Position numbers and translations under genes: made by a program. Of a stretch of 64,000 bases of DNA, positions 34,629 to 46,457 are shown in pieces. How positions within the stretch are numbered: the first letter of the stretch is position 1; each line of letters opens with the position of its first letter. The notes below the pieces were generated by a model. The model was not told the DNA's origin. It worked only from the letters and a program-made list of their open reading frames with translations, and did not search any database. This DNA comes from Macrostomum lignano (Eukaryota), in assembly GCA_002269645.1 (NCBI GenBank), contig NIVC01000566.1, positions 124,001 to 188,000 of the forward strand, written 5' to 3'.

Positions 34629-35957
34629 GAGTCTCTGTATAGGGCCATGGCCCTAAAAAATTCACACCCCAAGCTTGGTCCGGGGCCATAGCCAGTCGAA
34701 TCGCCGCCCGCGCAGCAGGTCAGAAGGCCGCATCAGCGGGCGCGCCCTTTGCGTACATTTCATAAACTACTATAAGCCGGTAGCTGTACCCTCATATGAT
34801 TGAAAATTAAGTGGCCATATTGCACGAGTTGATCTATACAACAAAGCAAAACTACAATATAATCCCAATTTTAACTGCACTGCAGTCGTAATATTGGGCA
34901 GAGAAGAGCTGTCCTCTGCATGAATATCACACAGCTGTTTTACCGGACAATTGGCTGCTGACTCTGTCAGCCTCCTCGAATCCTCAGCATCGATGACTAT
35001 TTCACCATGGACGGTCGCTACGAATACGACGCCGAAGCAGAGCCAATGTACAGGGCCAGCCTGCTGAAAGCGTTCAGCAAGCAGCTGGAGACTGGCCTGT
35101 TCCCCTTCATCATTGTGGATTGCCCGCTGGAGACGCTGGACCAGCTGACGCCATTCATCAGCGCTGCCAGTCGCTGCGGCTACTCGCCATTCGCTCTGGA
35201 CGTTTCCGGCGCCTCGCCGGCTGTCTGCGCCCAGCGCGGCATCCACGGCCGCAGTCTGGCCGAAGTAGAGGCCGTCGCCCAGTTCTGGCAACCGTTGCCA
35301 ATGACAACATCAGTTGGCGGGTGCGGCTATCGCCGGCTAGACGCCAGCTCGCTGCTGCAGGAGTCGGACATCACCCTGGTTGAAATGGACGAAGCCGATG
35401 CCAGCGACGCGGAGGCTGGGGACAGCGGCAAGGCGGGGAACGCTGAGGTCAACAATGAGGAGGACGCTGAGCCAGATGCGGTGGCCGGAGACTGCAGAGT
35501 CTCTGCAGGGTCATGGCCCTAAAAAATTCACACCCCTAGCTTGGTCCGGGGCGCCAGCATTGGTCAATAGCCCTGTCAGGATTTCTCGCCTGCGCGGTCC
35601 CTGCAGCTTGAGCAGCAGCACTTCGTGTAGCGGCTCAAGGCAGCGAGCCGGCCTCCGACCTGATGACGTGGCCAGAGCCAGTCGAATCGACCGCCGCCCG
35701 CGCAGCAGGTCAGAAGGCCGCATCAGCGGGCGCGCCCTTTGCGTACATTTCATAAACTACTATAAGCCGGTAGCTGTACCCTCATATGATTGAAAATTAA
35801 GTGGCCATATTGCACGAGTTGATCTATACAACAAAGCAAAACTACAATATAATCCCAATTTTAACTGCACTGCAGTCGTAATATTGGGCAGAGAAGAGCT
35901 GTCCTCTGCATGAATATCACACAGCTGTTTTACCGGACAATTGGCTGCTGACTCTGT
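34629..35957 (+). repeat. Direct repeats 34629-34967 and 35497-35957 flanking a duplicated YLPM1 exon-2 segment
   Basis: Both copies start GAGTCTCTG..AGGG(C/T)CATGGCCCTAAAAAATTCACACCCC and end TTGGCTGCTGACTCTGT. The 3' ~270 bp look identical; the second copy carries ~120 extra bp. Confidence 0.9.
34966..35492 (+). pseudogene. 527-bp partial copy of YLPM1 exon 2 (31913-32439)
   Basis: Sequence and ORF translations (31954/35007, 32067/35120) are identical up to AVAGD. Offset 3053 bp. Lacks the native splice acceptor and the C-terminus. Confidence 0.92.
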
Positions 35958-37442
35958 AATACAACTTACAAGCATACCGGAAATGCAGGCAAAAGTTCCA
36001 GTTTATCCCTTAACCAAATATGGTTGGTTTCGTGCAGCTTAAGAAACTGCATAGGCTCAAGCCATTCAGCTGCTCCCTTTTCATAATCGATTCTGCAGCT
36101 TGTTCTTGGTACAATAATTCCAAATTCATTGTGCGCTACCAATGCCGCTTGCTGTTGTGGATGCGGGTGAGGAGCGGAAGATGCGCAGCCGAGCAAGAGG
36201 CATTGAGAGGCTCCCAAAATGGGTTGAGGTGTATAGGAAATCTTCTGTCGTCTGGCTTTTTAAGCAACTTAATTCTTTTCCTCACCTCTCAGCTACCATG
36301 CAGGAGCTTGGCGGGTTGCATGCATGGTGCTTCATCGATTGTATGCAGTATACACTCCTGTTAAAGTACAGCATTCTGAAATATTGTTACTCCATTTAAT
36401 ACAGCCACAGGGCGCGGCTCTCTGCATTTTGTCCAATATTTAACATGTAGTGATGACATGCATTCACCTTTTTATTATTGGTATCAAAAATTAACTATAT
36501 TGCAATTTGCTTTGCCACTCCATTTCCCTCAGTGGTAATGATGATGTGCAGAACTACTAGCAGCCGTGTTCGCCAAATTATTGTCTGGTCCCCTCTTCTT
36601 AGCCTCCAGCTCCCTCTCCCCTCAGCTGTGGGATTTTTATGGACGGGCAACTGCTGTATAGAGCAGTGAGACTGCAGTCAGGTCTAAGGCTGGGCAAGAA
36701 GCCGCTTGCCAACCAACACCCGCGCCGGGCCATGCAGGACATCCCTGGCCTGGTGGCGCTTGGGAATGAAATTTCACCCAATGTTTTCCCAGCCCCGCTT
36801 GCTTGCTTTGGCTGCAGCTGCTTCTATAGGCCGGAGTGTAAACTCAACTGGCGAGCGGGGCTGGCAATGGAAGACTTAATGCCTGCGCAGTGCTATCTGC
36901 CTGGGCGTCTGATGGCCATCTCAGACTTTATAAGAAATCCTTCGTCGATTGCAGGAATTTCGAGACAGAGAGTCCAAGTTGTGCTGGCAACCTACATAAA
37001 GCAGTCAGCAGTCGCTCTTCACACCGCGTAAGTTGAAGTGTGATCTGCTGGGTAAATGTACAGGCAGTCTTCCTGAAGTTAGTATCATTAAGAGCCAAGG
37101 GGCTAGCTAATCTTTCCCGGCCTCAGGTTCGTCTGTTATGCGATAATACCCTACAGCGTAGCTTTTGTGTGCTATATGCTATGGGACAATCTCTTCAAGC
37201 TCTGCGTGTTTGGCGGTTGTTTGGCTGCAGAGCCCGCGGGTGCAAAAAAGCGTAAAAACTGCACTTGCTTATCTTCTTTTAGTCTGTCTGAAGGTACAAC
37301 TTTTACTGCTTCTGTGCCAGCTACGCCTATAATACTTTTACTTTATGCACTCAAAACGATTTTCGTTATTTCTTCAATCTGATTCCAAATTTTTCTGCAA
37401 ACCAAAAAGGACTGCAGTTTTGACGTTCAACATCGACTTGAT

Positions 37443-39277
37443 ATGGACTCCAGTGGTTTGGAAGTGAGCTCTGAGTCCCTTGACCGAGCTTATCCGCCAT
37501 TCGACATGAAAGAAGCCGAGTCCAGCTTCCTGGCGAACCGGTCCTGCGTGGACAAACTCTGCCGTGAGCTGCACGCCCGGCTGCACAAGAACCCCTACCA
37601 GATCTGCTTTGAGCAGCCGTTCGTGTCCTCCAGCGCCAGCAATCTGGTGTGGGGAGAAGCAGAGTGCTGCGAAATCTTCCTGCCAGTCAAGCAGCCGATC
37701 GGCCCCCGTGGAGCGGTGCCTGCTGATCTCCAGTTCTCCATCGAGGACCCGGGCTTCGTGATCATCCGGGTTCTGGAGAGCCAGGCAGCGGCGGTGCCGA
37801 AGCTGCGATCTCGAAGGACCGGCAAAGAAGCTCCGAAGCCTAAGAAGTCCGTTGGCAGAAAAGAAAATAAAGCAAAACAGAGCAAAGAAAAGAAGCACAA
37901 AAGAGGAGCTTCCGACAAGAACCCGCTGGACCATCTGAAGCCGCCCGATAGTCAGTTTCTGACGCCTGGCTGCGCTCTCAAGGCGACCCTGAGGCTGGTG
38001 AGACAGGCGCTCCAGCAGGTCGCGTCCGAGCACGCAGACTCACTAGTGTTGCACAATGTCCGGCTGGACAGGGAGTACAGCACAGTCCGCGCGGCAATCG
38101 AGGCTTGGCCGGGATTTTCTCAGGCCGAGGATGAGCTGAAATTGCGAAGCATTAACGAGGCCGGGGGCTCTGCCGAGCCGCAGACAGACGCATGCGAACG
38201 GCTCCTGTTGTTCTCATTTCCTTTGCAGGCAGCTGAAGATGAAGACTCTGTCAATGACGAGGTAAGAATTAATGCCCTTCTTGAATATCATTTCTGATGT
38301 ACTATTTATTATCTTCACGGACGACTTTAGAAGCATAAAAAGTTAGTTTCTTAGAAGTTCAATCAATAGCCGCAATGAATAGAAAACCATGCTGGGTCAT
38401 TGTCAGTATATCTCGACTTTGGACCTGAAAAAATGGTACCAACCTTTATATCAATCAAAGGATCAAAAGCCAGGGATGTCAAATTAAAAACGAGTACTTG
38501 ATTCCTATCTCGGCACTGTATATTAATCGCGTGAAATTTTGTTAAAGTAGTTTCTCTGGTTGCTTTGCTGCTGCACTTCAGCAGCCGCAGTCCCCGACAG
38601 TGGACGAAGCCGACAGTCCTTGCAAAATCAACCTGCGCTTCACTCCGGCTCTGCGGCTGCCGTTCGACAGTTGCAGCGGCATGAGTAGCGAAGGCAGCAA
38701 CGGGGACAATGTGGACGACTCCGCCTATGCCGCGCCGCCAGGGACATCCAGCGGCATGCCAATTGCTGCAGCATCAACGCCGGACGCCGAGGATCCCCTG
38801 AAAGCTTGTCGCTGGGCGCTGCGCTACCCGAAGCAAGAGGTGGCCGTGCTGGCCTCCCTAGCCCGGGCCGACCGAGGCCTGCGAATGCGAGTCTGCCGCG
38901 GCGTCTTCGAGCTGTGCCGACGCGAACTCGGCGGCAGGCGCGCTTTAGTCGAGCACTGCCTGCTGGAGCTGGCCGACGCTGAGGTCGACAGCGGCTTGTC
39001 GCATGGCCGGCCTGCCTGGCAGCTGGCGGACTCTGCCGAGTGCACCGGCAGGCTGCTGGCGCGACTGCGCAACCGCGTGACCGAGGGCCAACTGTCGCAC
39101 TACTTCAACGTGCGCATCAACTTGCTGGCAGGCCTGACCAGACGCGAGCGTCTGGCCGCAGCGGCCCGGCTTGAGTTGTTCATCCGAAGGCCGGAAGCAC
39201 TTCTGCGAGCGTCGACAGCCTCCGCGACTGCAGAGAGTGGAAGTCGAATTGAAGAAAGAACCGTCCCTGTTTTTTAA
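37443..39277 (+). CDS. Mab-21/cGAS-like nucleotidyltransferase-fold protein (~504 aa), probably catalytically degenerate; exons 37443-38261 and 38582-39277
   Basis: Phase-0 intron GAG|GTAAG (38261/38262) to TTCAG|CAG (38581/38582). The C-terminal helical lobe RWALRYPKQEVAVLASLARADRGLRMRVCR...W...LLARL...GQLSHYFNVRINLL...RRPEALL fits the Mab-21 C-terminal pattern (W.ls...E..ll...D.g.R..cl...LphyF.p.iNLl). The N-lobe has PGFVIIRV and QFLTPG.ALKATLRLVRQAL. Confidence 0.72.
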
Positions 39278-39899
39278 CTCTCATTTCAAAGCTATCCGAG
39301 CTGAAGTGTTCGAAATCAATTAATTAGTTATTAAAAAAGAGCTAAAAATCTAAAGGGTGTCGTCCCGCCCTGTTTTGTTAATCTGAAGGTTATCTGAAAC
39401 GATTTTTTAACCCTCAGACAGAAACAGCCTCAGCCTTTACTGTGTGATGGCATGTTATACACATGTACGATCCAAGGACTACTCAATTAAAATGACGGGA
39501 AAGTACATTTTGTGAAAAATTTTAGAACGCAGATTGAAAAATCGTACATTACGGCCAGAATGAAGGTTTAAGGCAACATGCAAGAAGACACATAAAGATA
39601 TGAAGATTGGGTCCTCCCTTCTGCCGAAAGCAATAACAATTTCTGTGCTGAAAAAGCGAAAACCTCCATTTCACCGTACTGCAATGGTAAAACCGGCCTC
39701 CTAAAATTTTCAAACAAGTTTCCAGTCCTTCCTACATACCTAAGCACCGATGTATATATGACTAAAGTCTAAAACAAACATAATACTCGTAGGTATAGTA
39801 ACAAAGGGAGCACTACCTGGAACCACTCAATCTTATAAATCTTTTATACTTCTTATTGTATATGTAAGATTATACATTTTAATCATCATTCATCATATT

Positions 39900-40230
39900 T
39901 ACGTTCAATTTTTCCATTTAATTTTTTGTGTCGCGTGGATCGACGCCCACTGGAAAGACAACAGCGATCAGCGCACTTGACGCCCCTGCACCGACAGCTG
40001 GCCTGGACAGACTGGTTGTTGTTGCGACAGTTTGTGCCGGCTTGATTGTCAAAGCGCGGAAGACTGTAATTGTGTTTTACGTGATGGATGACATCGAGGC
40101 TATTATATACTGACGGAAAATAATTAGTACAGATCGAAGGTCGCGTTGGCAGTAGTTCGTCCTCGGTCTGGTTCAACGCCCCGCCCACGAAGGACCTGTG
40201 GCGTCCGCCGGAGAGGGGCTTACTTATACA
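39900..40230 (+). mobile_element. Small RTE-type LINE reverse transcriptase fragment
   Basis: LDRLVVVATVCAGLIVKARKTVIVFYVMDDIEAIIY resembles LDRLVSIAASVG...VVLCVPDDIEAAIF in the RT remnant at 56489-57043. Confidence 0.55.
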
Positions 40231-41517
40231 TGTACATGTACCTGGGCTGCTTTTATTTCTGTGACGGTCAGTCCTGACTGCAGTCCGAGGCCCTACAAAC
40301 ATCCAATATAGAGTACAGCTGTACTAGGACTGCGTTTGTTCCATGCAGCTACATGTAACTACATGTACGCGATCGAGATCATCTTACCCTATTATAACGA
40401 CCTGACCCAAGAGCACAGAGACTTGACGCTGGAACAACTCAAACAGCATGATGTTGACATGGCGCACGCTGGCCCTGCTGCGTGCTGCGTTCCAAGACCT
40501 ACATGTAGATCTAAAATGTACATGCAGTAGATCGGTGGAGCGAGTTTTACTATGCAAATACCATAACGGCCACTCTATCGCCACTCACACCTGCCTGATC
40601 CATCCAAGCAACCTGTTGCGTCGTTATGGAGAATTTAAATAATTCCATTTGGCTGGTCAAGTATATGCAATTGCTACATATTGTACAGATTCTCATTGAA
40701 AAAGCTCTTTATACAAGTTATTAGAGTTTTAAAATATCTCGCTAGCTAGACTTCCATTAATTACAATCCCTTCTTTACGATGAACTAAAAATAAAAACTA
40801 CAAAGCTAAGCAACACCATCTATTTCGTCGCATTAAATGGTTTAAAATCTGTAGATCACACAAAAATCATCAACAAAAGAGCAAATACCAGTAAAAACTT
40901 TCTATTTTGTTAAGTGCAATAGTTAAGCTGCAAGTGGTAAAAAATTGTACATGTGTACAAGATTGTCTTATGTGAAAGTCCAGAGTGGTCTTTTTTGTTA
41001 CGCCAAGTTTGAACCCCACGACTTTCGTAGGACTAATGAGGACCTTAAGCTGCTTAATGACTGCAAGCAGCTTAAGGTTAGAATGGTCATAAATGTGAAA
41101 AAAGTATAGAAAAACAAAGCATAACGTTATTATTATTTTCTTTGCAAAAACATTTATTTCTCATTTCTATGCTTTCAGCAATTGTACTAAAAGTACTCCA
41201 ATACTTCTAAAAAGTTACACATTTTATTTTATGTTACCTAAATATGTGTTATTTTAAAATCACTCCACCACTACGTTTCGCAAATATTTTAGATAAACGA
41301 GTAACGTGGGGTGTTATTGAAAAAAAATAAAGTATTCCATTCCACTTATTATAATCGGGTGTATTTTTAATACAGTATTATTGCATTTGCCACTGTACTT
41401 TGTAAGAGAAATACTTACTTTTTCCTGCAACCTTAATTCTAGCTAGTGTACAGCATTTCTGTAGGCTAAAGCTAACTAATATTATAAGCTAACCTTACTT
41501 CTATTGTTTTGCAAAAA

Positions 41518-44182
41518 ATGACCATCTTGCGCCAGATATCCAAAAAAGAAGTTGAGGAACACAAAACACCAGAGAGCTGTTGGATCATAATACATGACAA
41601 AGTCTATGATGTTACAAAATTTCTGACAGAGGTAAGACCATTTTTTGGAAATTATTCATGAGTAAGACTAGATGATATGATACTAGGCCTATCAAAATTC
41701 AAATGATAAATCTAAATGTCACAGTCACATTCAGGAGTAGGCCTAAGATTAAAAATAAGAACAGAAATTATCATTGCTTATATTAATTTTAGCCAACAAT
41801 AAATGTCATATCAAAAACTAGACTTTATTCTAAAAACACTTTAAGTGTAAGTTGACCTAATTGAAAGAGCTAGGCCCTAGCTCTTGAAAAAATACAGGGG
41901 CCTAAAAATTATTTTAAATCAAGAAATAGATTTCACCTAGGTTTATCTATTATCTCTAGCTATTATGAAATCCTTATTATTAAATATTAAAATCACAAAC
42001 AAAATTATAATTTCTTTGTTAGGTTTAGTTTGAAATTTTTTATTAAACACTAGGCACCATAGTCCAGATCATGGCAAGTGTACACTGGAATGAAATTTCA
42101 TGTTTTTTCAATTTTATGCCAATGTAAAATTAAAAAAAACTTTTACACCAAGATTAAAATTGTTTATATGCCATTTTTTAAAAAATATATATTTTTTGGA
42201 ATTCTAAACTTTTAATAAACTTTAAAACAGCTGTTTTTTGTTAAAAAATGATACTCTTTGTTTTAATTTTGATTTTTTCATGATTTCTTTAATATTTTCT
42301 ATTTTAGTTTATAATTATTTTTAAAGAGCTTTTGATATTAGTTGATATTTAATTATATAATTACATTTTAGCCTTGAACTTGGCAATTTTTTGTATGCCA
42401 ACTATGTACACTTTATGTTGAATCTGAAAATTCTATATGCTAAGTGTATGCCAAGATTCTCAGTGAGGGCAAAAATATACTAGAAAATTCTAGCATAAAG
42501 GCCACTTTCTAGACTATAGACTGGGCATCTAATATAAAAATATAATGCAAGAAATGCAAAAAAATTTTGCTGCTACTTTTTGTTGAACTCTATAGACTTT
42601 TTGAACTTAATTATATATATTTAATATCTACAATTAGTTTGTTATTTTTATGGACACTAATTAATATAAATACCTAATCTTGAGTAGGTCTCTATGTTTC
42701 TATTCAAGTTTAGGTTGACAAAATCAATCCCTATGAAAATCTCCTTATCTTAGAACCTGGAACTCTCCATTTCCTATGCCCTAATAGTTGGCTTTGAGCT
42801 CATAAACTCTTGTGCCCTATGTATAACTTGTTTGGCTTTTTGATATGAGGTCTAGTATGGTTGCAGTCTAGGTGCACTATCGAGATTATAACTATATATC
42901 CTACTATTCGACTAGCTATGCATGAGTGAGATGGCTAGTCTCAAGTAAATCTGAGCCACTAGAGTTAAGTCAAATGAGTTGTTTAATACGAAATATTGGT
43001 TAATAGATTCTATTACATCAAAGTAAGCCTCGAGCCTAGTAGGAGGGAAAGAAGTGGTGCAAAATTATGCTCCACTCCTTTTATTTAGTCAAAAGTGGGG
43101 ACACAACCCCAATATATTCTATCCCAGTCCCCATTATTATTCCCTTCTGCACATTAGGTCTAGTGTTACTTTTCTGTATCAGCCTCTCCTGGCCATCTTC
43201 GTGTAGGGTCTGGGACTCTGGGCCTTCCTCAATCTGTCCAGGCCATCCCCAGGTCCCTCTTGCCTTCCTGCTATTGTTATAAACTAGGGGTTGTTGCCAA
43301 CCAAGACTTTTGTCCCTCTGGACCAGTTCTGGGCTAGTTCTTGCTTGTCTAGGTCAGATTTCTCACTGCAATGGGTGACTTGGTAGGGCTTTCCTCATCA
43401 CTCCTGCTAGTGCCAGTTGAACTTCTATGTCTAGTTTTAGCTCTGGCTCCTTTGTTGTTCTTTTATCTATCTTTCAGATTTCTATCTCTTATAGAGCTAT
43501 ATATAGGCCTATTTAGTTAGAAACTATGTCAAAATAAAGCCTAAATTTTTTAAAAACAAGCACTATCAATGTTTTTTATAAGGCAACTAGCATGTGCATA
43601 TATTTGCACATCATAATTTTCTAGTTTATTGTGTAAATGCAAAAATGAATTGCAATTTCTGTACAAAGCTATATATATAGCCATTGTATAGAATACTCTC
43701 GTATAGACTGAGAAATCTCATATCCATATTTGTCTCTCAGGCCTTAGCTTTTTAGTTAGTTGAAAATACCTTTGTTGAATAGACAGTTTGCTAGATTGTA
43801 CAGTCAGTTACTCTGAGAGAATAGGCTGTAGCACTAGCCTGAGCAGACAGCAAAGGTATCAATTTACAGTTCTAGTTTTTATATATTATCTCCATCAACC
43901 CATTCCAAGCATCCTGGCGGCGAGGAGGTGATTCTCGAACAAGGTGGCGGCTATTCCACCGAGGCATTCGAAGATGTCGGCCATTCCACTGATGCGCGCG
44001 AGATGATGGAAAAGTACCTCATTGGCGAGGTGCTCGAGAAGGAAAAGAAAAGCAGCCTGACAGCTGTTGGTCCCGAGTCCAAGGGTGCCGGAGCCGGCGA
44101 CAACGGCGGCTCTTGGACTGGCTTCATCATCCCGATTGGCGTACTTCTGGCAGCCTATCTGATCTACAAGTATGTGCTGTGA
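41518..44182 (+). CDS. CYB5: Cytochrome b5, tail-anchored (128 aa); exons 41518-41631 and 43910-44182
   Basis: Exon 1 [38 protein letters not shown]|GTAAG. Exon 2 AAG|[13 protein letters not shown]...[17 protein letters not shown], with both heme-ligand His motifs (HPGG, VGHS) and a C-terminal TM helix [22 protein letters not shown]. Phase 0. Confidence 0.95.
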
Positions 44183-44756
44183 ACTGTGACAGTGTTGCGC
44201 TAATATTTTATTGAACACGAGTTCAATGTCATGTCTTGAATACTACTATTTAATTAGTAATAGTGTGTGCTTATTAGTGCTCTAATTAAGTGCGAGTTCA
44301 TTGACTTAGGTTTTTGAATCCAGTCGGTGCTCCAACATTCGCTTTAGTGCCTGGTTTCAGTCTTATTCTCTCTCTGACACGTGCTTGATTCTCCCAGTGT
44401 AGTACATAATTGCAGAATTTTAGCTCATGCGATTGTTCTCTTCAATTCAGATTTATTGTCCTGTTAAGTTTGAATTCATCAAATACATGACTCGGTACAT
44501 TCTTAAATCTACAGTGTGTGTTTCAATTGCATTAGTGAATTTTTAATTTCAGAGTCAAATTTAAACATTAAATGCTTCATTTCATTTTTGTTATTTCGTC
44601 TCTGTTATTTGCAAAATATTTGCCAAATAAGAGTCCCTTGGCTGGTCTGTGTCCTGATATACCGGCAATGGTTGATCTCTGTATTTTGTTACAATGGTTA
44701 GTCTGAGTCTGATATATTGGACGAACTGTGTCTTGATATAAAGGGAAAAGCCGGTA

Positions 44757-45105
44757 ATGGTTGATCTATGTCCTGATATAATGGTCGGTCTGTGTCCTGA
44801 TATAATGGTCGGTCTGTGTCCTGATATAGTGGTCGGTCTGTGTCCTGATATAGTGGTCGGTCTGTGTCCTGATATAATGGTCGGTCTGTGTCCTGATATA
44901 ATGGTCGGTCTGTGTCCTGATATAGTGGTCGGTCTGTGTCCTGATATAGTGGTCGGTCTGTGTCCTGATATAATGGTCGGTCTGTGTCCTGATATAATGG
45001 TCGGTCTGTGTCCTGATATAATGGTCGGCCTACGTCCTGATATAATGGTCGGCCTACGTCCTGATATAATGGTCGGCCTACGTCCTGATATAATGGTCGG
45101 TCGGT
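44757..45105. repeat. 24-bp minisatellite (ATGGTCGGTCTGTGTCCTGATATA), ~14 units plus degenerate upstream copies
   Basis: Direct reading. Variants are clustered (ATAGTG pairs; three CTACGT units at the 3' end). Confidence 0.97.
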
Positions 45106-46457
45106 CTGTATCCTAAGAAGGGTTGCTTTTGTGCAGCCTACTTTCGTGTGTCCTTTCGCTTGCCTTAACTGTGACTTGATTTTGATTTCTATACGCGTAA
45201 ACTAAAAACGCGTCAAGTCTCGCGCACTCTTGGTTGACTAGTAAAAGAATGCGTTAGAACCACGCAAGGTGCTGCTCTGAAAGAAGACTGTTGGGTAAGA
45301 AAAAGGGGTTAAAAAGCAGATGCCGAACGATTTTGCGAGTCAATTTTCTGGTCGTATCCTTCAAACTCTCGCTTCCGCATAAAATTTGTACCCTGGAGGA
45401 ATTCACCGACTCACCGTGCCGCGAGGGCAGTGGATGTCGCTTTACTAACGCCACGGGTGCGGATCTTCATGGACTCACCTTTACCTGACTGGAGTTTATT
45501 CCACTGTATTGCATGCATTGTCGCATTGCGCATTGTTACGCACCTTTTCACTCATCAGTCATCATGTGAGTTCTTTGTGCAACTTGAAGACTTTTTCCTG
45601 TTCTGTGTTGTAAATTAATTCACTAGAAGGCTGCGCCGTATGTGGCTGCACTTAAACAGCTAGACAGGGCTTCTTTGTCCTCCTGTCAGGACTGTCTGAA
45701 TAGAGTGCCTAATGCAGGATGCATGTTAACTGCAATTCGCCACAGTGATTGTTGCCCATGGCAACGCAAGGCGCGCACAATGAATTTGCTTTGCGCTCTT
45801 AAAAAGGGCCTTACTCGAAGATGATAGGCACCAAGAATAGGAAGTTTGAACTGTATTGTGGCAATCTACATTGTTGAGGAAATTCATCACTTCGAGTAAC
45901 TTATACGCTCGTATCTGTAAGTTGTACGTCTGGTACGCTTGTACGTGCTGTTATTCTGTGTACTCGTATATGGGCGAAATGACCCACGCAGTCCTCCAAA
46001 ATTTTTGGCTGCTTTATAGAGTGCTGCTTCGAAGTATTGTTTGCCTGCTTTTGGTGCATGCGCCTTTCAAGCAGTCACAGATTGGCGACTTGAGTTGATC
46101 AGAGTAAAAGGAAATTCCTCTCGGTATGATTGTAAGCGATCGCCAGCTTTGATCGCGTAAATTTGCGAGCGAAATACATGTATAGTTTCAGCTAGCTACT
46201 TTCAAATGCATTTGAACTGAACCGGAAACTAAGCATTAAGGTATTTTCAAGTGTATACCTCGTTGTCTTCATTGATCCTTGATTGAGATTTCTCAGTGTG
46301 TTTTACGAGCTTACGTGTGCATGAGTATTTAACACTGCATGTACCTGTCAGTGACTTAATGAAGAATAAAGATGTGCAATCGGTTTCCAAAAATCACAGT
46401 TCGTCGCAGCTCACGCCCTAATTCACCATCTACATAAAATAGCTAAGGGTAGCCGGC

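Noticed and set aside
36020-37382. Several 60-130-aa ORFs upstream of the Mab-21-like gene
   Set aside because: No recognisable motifs or consistent splice pattern. They could be UTR or decayed repeat; unsupported.
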